Source: Callorhinchus milii (taxonomy: Eukaryota). From it: a stretch of 64,000 nt of DNA. Location of the stretch: contig NW_024704743.1 in assembly GCF_018977255.1 (NCBI RefSeq), positions 112,842,001 through 112,906,000 on the forward strand. The letters run 5' to 3'. Below, one piece after another: positions 26,836 to 38,790 of this stretch. Made by a program: the position numbers and the translations under genes. The notes below the pieces were generated by a model, which searched no databases, was not told where the DNA came from, and saw only the letters and a list, made by a program, of their open reading frames with translations. Each line of letters opens with the position of its first letter. Within the stretch, counting starts at the first letter, position 1.

Positions 26836-28544
26836 CATATTACTTTAACGAGGCAAATTTATAATTGTTCAAAACATATTTTAAAATCAGTGGAAGAATA
26901 CTGGCTGATGGGCAAAATGTATTGTGCTGGAATGAAGCCTAAAGCGGGCACTCCCATTTATCTAAAGGTAGGCCAGGCTAGTATGAAAAGACATTCTGAC
27001 AGTATCCTCCCACAAGATTTTATAATACGTTTTGAATAATTATAAAATTGCTTTTTACCATGCTTCTAAATACCCACATTGCAAGTACACGCCACAAGCC
27101 AAAGCCCTAACTGGTGTGGTTTACTGTTGGTGGCCATGGTTTGGAGGAGTTCTACTGGAGCATGGTCAAATTGTTGCAGCTAATCTGATAACCTTGCGCT
27201 AACATCACCTGGGTTTGAGCCTGTTGTGAATTTGAAACAGCCACAACTTGCATTTATATAGCGCCCTTCATGTGAGATGGTGACTTGAAGTTGCGCATCA
27301 TCGATGGATTGTTTTAGTGGGTCTGCTGCAAATTTGACTTGTTTCTGTTTTTCATTTCAAAACCAATTTTTAAGAGGAAATGCTGAAGCAGTTACTTTTC
27401 TTTTTGATGATGTAACCTCTGGACCATATGGCTTTGCCGAGAGCTTGGACAAATCATTGAGCATGTCAGCGAAACATTCGTCCTTTAGAGAGCTGCCAGA
27501 GATGTGAAAGTGATTGTCTGCTCCAATTCTCTCTGCTTACTTAGCGAAGCCACTCTGAGGATTTAACCTGCAAACCTCGAAGTAGGTAGTGTAGACTTTG
27601 TTGCATGACCACATCATCTAGAATTTAATTTTATATACTATTCAAAGTATATGTAATATGTACGTGCGAATGTGGGATAAATTTCCATAATTTTGTCTAC
27701 AAAAATAAATTAGGTAAAGATGGCCAACAGAATAATTTTGTACAATGGAAATCTTTGCAACCAGTGAACTAACAGACATATATCATATTTTATGTAGTGA
27801 TGGCTTACACTTTTTATGGAAGTATAAATTATATGAAAGTTCCAAAGTGTTGTTTTCTTAAATTTGAAATGAATAGCAATGGCAGTGTGAATAAATTGTC
27901 TTTTTCTGCAAAATTGCTTAAAATGGCAGATGATTAATTAATAAACCCTCCCAAATCAAGAGTTTGATTCACAACAACTTGCCACAAGATTTAAATTGTC
28001 AGACTGTTACCATATTGCACCAGACATTTGAGGTGAGACAGTTCTCCATATGGAGGGTGAGATTACAGGATTGTCACTTCAAGCTGCTTCTTCCCAACTG
28101 TCAGCTACAGAATGGCAGGGCATTTAAATCTCCAGACCATCCTGAACTGAATTCAGGAAGCATTTCTTCACGCAGAGGATTCTCTGCCTGAGAAAGCTAT
28201 AGAAGTAGAATCAATAGGGATGTTTAATGGAGAGATAGATGCACTCTCACCACCCTCTGGGTGAGGTAATGCTCCCTAATCTCATCTCTAACATAATACG
28301 TTACGCTCACAAAATACACAGTCAAACTTTACAGTATATCCTGATAAGGCACGATATCAAATACAAGGAATATTATTTTTTTTCAAATAATAATATGGTC
28401 ACTCATAATAATACGGTCACTGCCGTGTTTCATCCACAAAATATACAGTCAGTTCACTTTGCAGTATATTCTGTGAAGTACCTTGAGATGTCTCGAAGAC
28501 ATGATAAGCGCTATATCAAATGCAAAGATGATTATTATAGATAC

Positions 28545-30290
28545 TTGGATAGTAGTAGCGGTATCAAGCGGGCGAGGTTGGGAGTGATGGGGTCGCAGAG
28601 CCTGGTGCGAGAGAGTACACGAGCTGCAGAGTTTTGGATGATCTGCAGCTTGTGAAGGGAAGAGTTGGGCAGGCCAATGAGGAGGGAAGTCGAGCCTTGA
28701 AGTGACGAATGCGTGGGTAAGGGTTTTGGCAGCCTGAGGGATGAGGCAGTGGCGGAGTCTGGCAATATTGCAGAGATGGTGGTAGTGCCGGTCATGGCGC
28801 GGATGCGGGGGAGAAAGGACAGTTCAGGGTCAAACAAGACACCCAGGTTCCTGACTGGCTTAGTGAGGTTGAGTGTGCAGCCGTGGAGGTTGATGCTGCC
28901 AGCGCATGAGGTGCAGAGGCACTGGCATGAGCCAATGAGGAGGGCCTCGGTCTTACTGACATTCAGCTGGAGAAAGTTGTTCCTCATCCAGGACTTGATG
29001 TCAGACAGGTAATCGGTCAGGACGCCAGTAGTCCTGGAGTTGAGGGTGTGGAGGCAGAGGGATAGAGTTGGGTGTCATCTGCATACATGTGGAAATTTAC
29101 CCCATGTCTGTGGATGATGTCACCAAGGGGGAGCATGTGGAGGGTGAAGAGAAGGAGACCAAGGACAGCCCTGAGGAACGCTGCACGAGACGATGCGGGG
29201 GTTGGAGGAGAAGCCGTTAGCTGAGACAAAGTGGAGGTGGCATGAAAGGTAGGACCTGAACCAGTCAAGGACAGAACCTTGGAGGTTGAGGTGGGAGGAG
29301 AGGTGATGGAGGAGGATTGAATGGTCCACAGTGTCAAAAGCAGTGGAGAGGTTGAGGAGGATGAGGAGGCAGAGGGAGCCCTGGTCACACATGGTCAGAA
29401 TGTCATTTGTGACCTTGACCAGAGCAGTTTCCATGCTGTGGGCAGCATGGAAACCCGATTGGAGGGGCTCATGGAGGGAGTGGGATGAGAGGAAAGAGCG
29501 AAGCTGGGAGGCAACGGCTCTCTCAAGGACCTTGGACAGAAAAGGGAGGTTGGAGATGGGCCGGTAGTTTGATAGCTGTGTTGGGTCAAGGGAAGGTTTC
29601 TTCAAGGTGGGGGTGATAGTGGCTGTTTTGAGGGGGGTAGGAACAGTGCCAGATGACAGAGAGAGGTTGATGATGTTGGCGAGTAGTGGGGCTAGGAGGT
29701 GGAGCTGGGATTTAAGGAGAGGGGTGGGGATGGGGTCCAGGGATCAGGTGGTGGGCTTCAAGGAGGATATGGTGGTGGTGATAGAGGAGGGGGTGACAGG
29801 TTCAAAGGAAGGAGGGATGGGTAGTGGTTGGAGTGTGTAGGGGGGGGCATAGAGAGGGGTGGAAGTTGGGAGGGCAGTGGCAGCTGAGTGGATTCCCTCG
29901 ATTTTGGACTTGAGGAAGTCCAGCATTTCCTCGCAGTGGGAGTCGGAGGAAAGAATCTGCAAGGCGTAGCAGGGAGGGCGGAGAAGCCGGTTGGTGTTGG
30001 AGAACAGGAGCCTGGGGTTGGCCTCCGCCTCCAGGATTAACCTGGAATAGAAGGACGATTTGGCCGAGGCAAGAGTGGAGCGATAGGTTTTGATGTAGTC
30101 CAGCCAGATGTGCTGGTGGACCATGAGACCGGATTTGAGCCAAGTGCGTTCAGCAGCTCGCACCTGGCCCTTGAGTGAGCAGAGGTGGCTGGTGAACCAG
30201 GGTGAGGATCGGGAATAGGAGGCAGTTCGGGAGGTGAGGGGGGCAAGGGCGTCGAGTGTGGTGGAGAGGGTGCTATGGAGGAGAGTAAAC
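28545..30290 (-). mobile_element. L2 LINE ORF2 fragment (reverse transcriptase), frameshifted, truncated at both ends
   Basis: Minus-strand ORFs contain NYRPISNLPFLSKVLE, AFDTVDH, VPQG and [11 protein letters not shown]. Confidence 0.95.
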
Positions 30291-31544
30291 GCAGAGGAAC
30301 AACACCTTATGCAGTAGGTTGAGGTGTAATATCATGGCACGCTGCTCTGTTGTTCTTGGCATTAACTTCAATGAATTTCAATTGCAACAAATGTAAAGTA
30401 ACGAGATGATTTCAACTGTAAAGCCCAAAGTTCAAATTAAAAATCAATACAAGTGATGAGAACAGGTGGTTCTCAGATAGGCTGTGCATCTGTAATGCAC
30501 TCTTGTTGCAGTGTTAAAAGCCAAGGGGCACTTGTGTGGCGATAATGTGTGTGTGGTTTGGGCTCGAGTCCATAAAATGCCCACAAAATACAGTCAATTC
30601 ATCAATTCACTTTACAGTATATTTTGTGTAGCACTTTGAGATGTGTGGAAAATATGATAAAGTGCAATATCAAATGCAAGGATTATTATATAAACTGGAC
30701 TGAAAGTCAAATGGAATCAATGAATGTTGACATTGAGAATAATACTTGCCATTAATCCTCCATTCTCCCTTCCCCCCCATATATATTGGGTTTCTTGGGT
30801 TGTAGCCAGTGCACTGAACGACTGAAATCCTATTATCAGAGCATTGGTGTGGAATCCATCTTCCTCCACAGCATTTACTATTAAGACAAAAGGTGAATAT
30901 GCCAGTGGGGTTATTGCAACTGACTCAACTGTTACCTGATCTGAGATGGTCAGCCAAGATTCATTCTTCTGATCACTACCCAATGACATCAGATGGAAAG
31001 CATGTGGTGTGTGTGAGAACATCAATACAGGATCAACAACAACAATAACAAAATTATATTTGTATAGCACCTTTCACGTCGGGAGTTCGTTCCAAGGCAC
31101 AGGGATGAGTGCTCCCTCTGGTGCCTAATTGTGGTTGAATAACCTCCGAACATTCCTTGATTCATATATGAAGAATGCCCCCTTAACCAATATATTGGAA
31201 GGCCAGTGGTGCTCTTGGAGCTATATCTAAGATTGAAGTTATTGTCTTTAGCAGAAATTATCAAAGTGAGGGGAGATGTATTATGTCACTTGTGTGGTCC
31301 TATTCTGTTAAAAGTGATGCACAGCTTTGTGTGTCTCTTCCCCAAATAATAAAATAATTTGCCATGGGCCAGTGTTCCTTTCATCTTTTCTATCTGGTGA
31401 TTGACTCACAATATTGTATGTAGACTTCTAAAAATTAAGGACCGCATTGTTACCTGAGCTCTAAATTGAAGGTATTTTATAACTGATCTACCTGTTAAAA
31501 TTTGTAAAATTTATACTTGTATAGTGTCATGTTAGGTGAACACC

Positions 31545-32000
31545 TCAAAATGCTGCACAGATTGATTGAATCCTGAGCTCGGGAGGTAAGGTGGGCGTAA
31601 AGTTAAATAGGTATGACTCTGGATAAAGTTTGAAAGTAGTGAGGCAGAGGACTTTGAGAAAGGGTTCCAGAGAGGGGGAGCACAGTGGCTGAAGACTTGC
31701 TTGCAATGGTGAGGCAGGCAGGAGTGGCTCGTGGAGTAAGGTTGTAGGAAATTGCAGAGATAGGGTGGTCAAGGCTGTGGGTGAATTTGAAGGTGAGGGC
31801 AAAGATCTTGAAGTTGTTTCACAGAGAAATAGGGAGCCAGTGGAACTTGGCAAGAATGGGAGTGATGAGTTTGCTGGACCAAATGCTAAGGAGGGTATGG
31901 ACTCTGGATTTTGAGAATGTACATTGGAAAAGTTAAGTCAGGAACGATAAAGGCGGGGATGAGAGTTTTGAGTGTGTGAGGTAGCAGTGGAAAATGGTTA
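31545..32000 (-). mobile_element. Old L2 3' fragment
   Basis: Degenerate similarity to the L2 3' region (agggagccagtggaacttggc; gaggactttgagaaagggttccagag). Confidence 0.55.
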
Positions 32001-32385
32001 AAACAATTGCCAGAATATCGTCATTTACTACATTTACAGTAAATGTGAGCTTAGAATTCTTCTCGTTTTATTTAATTCTACTTCCTCTCCGTTGAGAGAT
32101 GCCCTAGTCTCCACTGAGCGCCTCCACTGAACAACTAGGGGACACTCGTGCTCTCTTCACCCCGTCCGCACCCCCCCCCCTCCCCCAGTGCACACAAACG
32201 CACACTCTATCAAATGCTCTGTTTAATCTACATTTACAGGTACAAGACAAGCTGGCACAAGGCAGCCATTGTTTAATTGTGAATTGTTTCAACCCTCATA
32301 ATAGTTGCATAGTGAAATAGAGGAATCGTTGTTACACAAAGTGAATCTTATATAAAATATGTGTGTTGGCTTCTGTTCAACACAG

Positions 32386-32545
32386 GTACCATTATCCAGC
32401 CCCTAAGTTATTTTACGTCCAGCTCCTTGTGGGGAACACCGAGTTTATTGGAGAAGGACGGACCCGTCAAGCCGCCAGACACAATGCTGCCATGAAAGCC
32501 CTCCAAGCTCTTCGTGATGAACCTATTCCAGAAAAGCCACCTCAG
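32386..32545 (+). CDS. STAU2: STAU2 exon: C-terminal half of split dsRBD2 ((R)YHYPAPKLFYVQLLVGNTEFIGEGRTRQAARHNAAMKALQALRDEPIPEKPPQ)
   Basis: Acceptor cacag|G at 32385/6, donor CAG|gtaac at 32545/6; 160 nt (1 nt plus 53 codons). Confidence 0.96.
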
Positions 32546-32619
32546 GTAACAATTGAGTCAGAGTTGAGAGTTTTTCCCATCTTCCATATATGCCACTATT
32601 AAATTTAATATGATTGACT

Positions 32620-32850
32620 ATTCTCCCTTGGGGTGGGGATGGGTGTTAAGCAAGGTCTCCTTGAGTTGGCTGCAAGATGACATGGTTGGCAATGGAATGT
32701 TGGAATCAAGTCACCCTCTGCAATGGCCTTGATAGTCCAGTTCCTGAGTCAGGCAGGTCTACATTATTTCAGGGCATTGCTGATGGTAGACCAGTCAGCC
32801 TGTCTCTTTGGCAGGAGTTGGAGCAGCAGTCCAGTCACCGGGAGTAGGGA
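32620..32850 (+). repeat. Family X copy (5' part), about 75 nt downstream of the dsRBD2 exon
   Basis: ggtctccttgagttggctgcaagatgacatggttggcaatggaa...gttcctgagtcaggcaggtc matches the other copies. Confidence 0.7.
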
Positions 32851-33914
32851 GTGTTAGCACTCTCGCCTCTGAGTCAGAAGGTTGTGGGTTCAAGACCTAC
32901 TTCACAACTTGGGAGTCACGCAGACTAAAATGACACTCCAGCTCGATTTCTCCTTTTGATAACATGGTTGAGATTCAGAACTAGTATGAATTAGATGTGT
33001 AAATCACCATTCAACCAAACTGCTCGAGAAAAAAAAAAACTTGTTTTTGAATCTAAATTTTTTAAGAAAAACAAAGTTTGGTAAAGTTCTTTCCACAGAT
33101 TCCACGGAGCTTCATATTTGTAGTGGATTAAAGTTTTTAAATGCAGCAAATACTTTCCAGCCTCATTGAGACGAGTGCAGTGATGAATAGAAGTTTACAT
33201 CTGTTTTGATTGCATATTATATGTTGATGTGCACACATGGGAGTATTTTCACTATATAAAGCAATGTGAGGTTGCAACGGTTATCCTTTAGAAAATTAGA
33301 AACAGAATTTAACTGCGTAGAGTTCTTGTTTATTCAATGAGGTAAGTGTTAAGAATATATATATATGTATATTCATGTAAATATCTGCACAAAGAATATG
33401 TATAAAGTTTCTACAGATGTTATTCTTAAGAGTATTTTATTGCATAATTTTAATGACAAGATGACAAGCATTGAAGATCTATAAAATCAGGACTTGATCA
33501 GTAGATTTTAAATATCAAGCATATCTTTTAATAGTTCTGTCATTTAGCCACCGTTAAATCAGACATTTGTTTTATTATTTCAGACAAGTTTTATATGCAC
33601 TTTGTAAGCATTTCTGCCTCTACTAAACATTGTTACTGAAACTGGAGCCAAACTAACCCCACTGCTTGGTAGTTTTTCTTAAAATGTTCAAAAACAAATA
33701 TACTTTTTCAGCTTGGCTCAGTTGCTAGTACTCTCCTGCTGGGTCAGAAGGTTGTAGATTTAAGGTTTGAGCTCATACTGCAGACCAACATTCTGATTGG
33801 GAAGAGCTGCATTGTTAATGAGTGCTTTCGGCAAAGATTTGAAAGTGAGGTCCAGGTCCCATCTGCCTATTCTTTAAGGGGACTTTAAAGTTCCTATCAC
33901 ACTCTTTGATGGGA

Positions 33915-34744
33915 TGCCATCTGCAGATTGGGGTAAACTTCCAAATGTATTTGGATGACACAAATCTACTTCTTCTCCAGTTGCGACTCCAGGTCCTCCA
34001 ATGTTCTCTGGTGGACATCAGGGCCTGGATGAGCGAAAGCTTCCTGAAACTTAATGTTGGCAAGACAGAAGCGAAGATCATTGGTTCCCGTCAACATCCT
34101 CAGACTTACTAAACTAGTGCGCAACCTAGGGGTCATGTTCGACCCATAGCTGTCCTTCCTTCCCACATTCGGTCCCAGACCAGGACCACCTTCCTCAACC
34201 TCCAGACTTGACTTCTCAAATGCCCCTTTGGTGGTCTTCCCAGCTCTACCATGCACAGGATCCAGCTGATCCAAAACTCCGTCGTCCACATACTCATCCA
34301 TACTAAACTCCGTTCCCCTATCACACCAGTTCTAGCCAGGCTCCATTGGCTCCATATCGCCGAACAGATCAAGTTCAAGATTCTCATACTCGTTTTCAAA
34401 TCACTTCATGCCCTATCTTTCTGACCTGCTTACCCCGCAACCCACAATTTGCTGCCTCCACTCGATTGGCACCGGCCTTCTACATGTCCCTTGTGCCCTC
34501 CGTTCCACCATTGGTGGGCGCTTTCAGCCACTTCACCCTGAAACTCTGAGATACTCTTACTCTATCCCTCCACCTTACCCTTCCTTTCCTCATCTTTAAG
34601 TCGTGCCTGAAGACCTTCCTATTCGACTGTGCCTATGGTCACCTCCCCCTCCCCCTGGCTCGGCCTTGTGCTCCGCCACTGTTAAGCGCTCTGGGATACT
34701 AACCTGCATAAAGTGCACTATATAAATGCAAGTTGTTGTTGTTG
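33915..34744 (+). mobile_element. Degenerate L2 3' portion nested inside a Deu-type SINE (about 33710-33915 and 34765-34950)
   Basis: VNFQMYLDDT and FLKLNVGKTE motifs; tail tataaatgcaagttgttgttgttg; SINE head before and SINE tail after. Confidence 0.8.
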
Positions 34745-35629
34745 AAAAGAAATGTAACTTTTTCCTGGTTTTACCTTGGCAAACAATTAATTGATCATTC
34801 ACATCATGGCTACTTGTTGGACCTTGCTGTGCACATAATGTCTGCCACATTGCCTACTAAAAAAAAGTCCCTCATTTGACATTAATTATCTGTGAAGCAT
34901 GCTGAGATGTTTCAATGTAATAAGTGCTGTCAAAATGCAGATTCTTTAAGTTTTTTCCCCTACTCTCCTGAACGCTTTGACTCAGTCAATTCCACAGACA
35001 ACAGCAGCCCTTGAGTACTTTACCCAAATAATTCTTCTTTGTGTTTGAGCCTCGACAGTGAGGTTCCTTTCATATCCTGATGGCTAAAAAAATCACAATC
35101 TCTCCGTATAGCAATCAGTGTGTATTAGACCCCAATAAATGTTAGCACATTAGCCAAAGAGCCCCAGAGTTTAACTGGATCTCTTCCTAATCTCATGGCC
35201 ACAAACATCGACTTCCAACAGCACTGAATAGGACTCAGGAGTGCAATTCCGATTACCACTACCATTCTTGAGCTGAGATCAGTTAATTCGACAGGGCCTG
35301 ATGATCACACCTGGGACCTTCTCGTCTGATTGTCTCATTAGAATATTGGGAAGTGAACCATTGAGGAATTGCAATTTATTTTAAAGGTAGTTTTTGTTTC
35401 CGTACATTAAAAACACACCGGAACCCATCATGACAGGGCTGAAAGGGCATACAAATCCCAGAATTTGCTAATTTTAGTTTGTTTAAGAATGGTATTGAGA
35501 GCTTTCCTGACTTATATATACAGAGTAATGCATACAAGTTCTTATTATGTGCCACATACTTGGATTGAAAAAGCCTCGAACAGCATTCCACTACTTGCCA
35601 CGCCTGCAGTATCTTTTGTGGAAATCCTG

Positions 35630-36240
35630 TTTTTTTTGGTCAGCCGGGTATCTTGACACATGCAAAAACCCATCACCATGCATAATAGTATCCAAACCAA
35701 GCTGAGATTTCCATGCCTCCCACCTACACATGGAAATCCCAGAGATAGATTGTTGGAATAGAATGTGCACACTCTCCCTAGAGGGAGGCATCCTGCTTAC
35801 CTAATTCCGGAAAGTATTAGATGCAGATTAGTAAGACCCAAGACTTGGGAACCCCAGAATGTGCGTTGGGGTACTGCTGGAATCTAACCAGTTAAACCCG
35901 CAGAGCTTGCCATTGATATTGGTGTCCGGCAAGCTTTTCCATTATTTGTCCACCCTAAGGACAAATAGGGCTTTGGCTTGCATGGTTAACAGGAGCTGAG
36001 TGGAATGACTCCTTGCCCCCAGTGTCTGGTCGGCCTTTCCAGGTACTACCAATAAGCCAGGCTGGCTGTGCTGTCATCAACAGTGCTATGGAATACAGTG
36101 ACCCGCCTGGCTCAGGAACCGACTTCCGAGACTACCACAGAGGGCTGGCTCGACCCTGAAATTCCATTGCCAAGCATGTCACCTTGGAACCAATTCAGTT
36201 CCAAGGAGACCCCGCTTACCTTTAGGAGGAAGGGAGACCC
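35630..36240 (-). repeat. Family X, most complete copy (about 610 nt, ends in an A8 run)
   Basis: Collinear with 43316-43860; perfect hairpins at 36182-36206 and 35706-35738. Confidence 0.85.
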
Positions 36241-36720
36241 AGTATGATACACTGACTGATGAGCTGGGCAAGTAGAAAAGTGCGGCCGCATTTTTGCCGC
36301 AAAATCCGTCACAAGCCTTCCACCGCCACAGACGTGCTTAGGCAGCCCCCCCCCCACCGTTACAAACCTGTACACACAGTGTGCCAGGCCCCGCTACACA
36401 CCTGTACACACAGTATGCTAGACTTCTGTGGGCTGTTTGCTCGACACTGCTACGGTCGCGAATTTCAAGCGCTGGGAGTGCTAGGATTGTGGAAGCGACA
36501 AAAGCGGGAAATCGGCTTCGTCTGGCGCCCGGCCTAATCTGAGCTGCGATAAATGTTTGGTAAGTGCTGTACTATTCACATTAAAATTTTTAGTATTTTA
36601 AACATAACTACATGTTCAGGAAATATATGCTTATAGTTTTGATCTGGGTTGTTTCACAAAATGCACCTCTCAATAGCACCAATCAACCCTCCGCACTTTC
36701 CTGGGGAATTTGCCAAATGT

Positions 36721-37556
36721 GATCAGTATGTTTCCAGACCAACAAGGAAGAAAGCAGTGCTAGATCTAATTCTGGGGAATGAAGTAGGACAAGTGGAGCA
36801 GGTTTCAGTGGGAGAGCATCTGGGTAATAGTGATCATAACATCATTAGATTTAAAGTGCATATGGAAAGAGACAAGGAACCATCTAAGGTAAAGATATTT
36901 AACCGGAAGAGGGCAAATTTCAGTGAACTAAAAAGGGACCTAGCCAAGGTGGACTGGAAAGAAAGATTGGCAGGTAAAACAACTAAAGAGCAGCGGGAAG
37001 TCTTCAAGGATGAGATAGCTCGGGGACAAAATAAATACATTCCCACAAAAGGGAAAAGTAGGGCTTCCAAACCTCCGTGGATGACGAAGGTAATTGTATC
37101 TAAAATGAAGCAGAAAAAAGAGGCGTATGACAAATGTCAAACCCAAAATACAGAAGACAACCAAATCGAATATAGGAAGTGCAGAAGAGGTTTGAAAAAG
37201 GAAATAAGAGGGGCAAAAAGATTATACGAAAAAAGGTTAGCGGGTAACATTAAAGGGAATTCTAAAATATTTCACAAATATATCAAGGAAAAAAAGCTAG
37301 TCAAAGGTAGGGTGGGACCAATTAAGGACCAAGGGGGATATCTTATTGTGGAGGCAGAGGGCATGGCTGATGTGCTGAATGAGTACTTTGTATCTGCCTT
37401 CACAAAAGAAGTGGATGCACCAAATGCCGCAATATCGGAGGAGAGGGTAGAGGAAATGGATAGGATAAGTATATACAAAGAGGAAGTACTGAAAAGGTTG
37501 ACTGCGCTGAAGGTAGATAAGTCGCCTGGTCCGGACGGAATGCAACCAAGGGTACT
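36721..37556 (+). mobile_element. CR1 LINE ORF2 fragment (endonuclease C-terminus, linker, start of RT), stop-free
   Basis: QYVSRPTR, LDLILGN, LGNSDHN, PPWMT, LNEYFVSAFT and KSPGPDGMQPRVL in ORF 36649-37716. Confidence 0.95.
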
Positions 37557-38011
37557 CTGTCTTCCAACCAGTTCTGGATCCATGCTGCCACTCTCCCTTT
37601 TATACCATGGGCTTCTATCTTTCCTACAAGTCTTTCATGTGGCACTTTGTCAAATGCCTTTTGAAAGTCCATATAAACTACATCAACTGTACTACCTTTA
37701 TCCACTCTCTCCGTAACCTCATCGAAAAATTCTATTAGATTTGTTTGACAAGATTTGCCTTTAACAAATCCGTGCTGGCTGTCCCTAATTAACGCATATT
37801 CTTCTAAGTGAAGATTTATTCTGTCACGCATTATAGTCTCCAGGAGTTTCCCCTCTACTGATGTTAGGCTGACTGGCCTATAGTTCCCAGGTTTGTCCTT
37901 CTGTCCCCTTTTGTACAGGGGAGTAACATTAGCCACTCTCCAGTCCTCTGGCACCACTCCTGTGTCCAACGAAAATTGAAAAATTGTAGCCAAAGCCTCC
38001 GCTATTTGTAC
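37552..38011 (-). mobile_element. Inverted continuation of the same CR1 (RT domain)
   Basis: VQIAEALATIFQ, VPEDWRVANVTP, NYRPVSLTS, QHGFVKGKSC, DFQKAFDKVPH and WIQNWL in ORF 37400-38158. Confidence 0.95.
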
Positions 38012-38091
38012 TGACCAAAAAAAACAGGATTTCCACAAAAGATACTGCAGGCGTGGCAAGTAGTGGAATGCTGTTCGAGGCTTTTTCAATC
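38011..38091. repeat. 81-bp perfect inverted duplicate of 35563-35643
   Basis: Base-by-base comparison shows an exact reverse complement, including the A8/T8 run. Confidence 0.95.
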
Positions 38092-38790
38092 TACGACTGT
38101 TTGTGGGACATTGCTGTGCGCAATTGGCTGCCGCGTTCGCCCACAAATATACAGTCAATTCATTTTACAGTGTGTTCTGTGAAGCGCTTTGGGATGTCCT
38201 CCCGACGTGAAAAGCGCTATATCAAATGCAAGGATTATTATTATTAATATTATTATTATCCATGGCCTTGATCCCCTCCTGCCTCTCTGACCTGCTAACT
38301 GCCTACCAACCTGACTGCTCCCTCCGTTCATCAGGCTCCGGCCTGCTCCATGTCTCCCGCCCGATCCGCCCTACCATCAGTGGCCAGGCTTTCAGGAACA
38401 AACATGGGCCCCAGCACCTGACTGTTCAGCGCTTTGGGATGTCCTACCGACGTGAAAGGTGCTCTATAAATGTAATTTTGTTGTTATTATTCACTGCTTG
38501 CCCTTTCCACACAGCTAGCTTTGTTTTGCTGTAGCTCCCTTTCCCTCTCTGGCTCTGTCAATAGCTGAGGCTTTAGTTACTATGCCCATATCCTCTGAAA
38601 CTCCTTTCCTCTACCCTTCTGTCTCTTCCTTTTTTTGTCTGTCTAAATCCTGTTGAAAATCCTACCTTTTTGACCACACCTGTGGTCATGTTCCCCCTCC
38701 CTCCCTTGCTCGGCATCCAACCCCATCATTTTGAAGAGCTCTGAGACTTTATCCAACGTCAAGGGCGCTATGTAAGTGTATGTTGTTGTA
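38083..38790 (+). mobile_element. SINE 3' half (38083-38258) followed by two L2 3'-end fragments
   Basis: SINE body and tail, then L2 tails at about 38430-38490 and 38735-38790. Confidence 0.8.

Noticed and set aside
28239..30246. Stacked ORFs on both strands (also near 41-42 kb, 46.5-48 kb and 52.6-54.2 kb)
   Set aside because: Frameshifted L2 ORF2 pieces and their stop-poor antisense frames.
36245..36280. CTGATGAG...GAAA resembling a hammerhead ribozyme core (CTGATGA also on the minus strand near 43700)
   Set aside because: No pairing stem II or GUC-type cleavage site, and the motif is not conserved among family X copies.
36649..37716. 355-aa ORF, the longest in the window
   Set aside because: It is a CR1 ORF2 fragment reading into the antisense strand of its own inverted part; not a host gene or a complete element.
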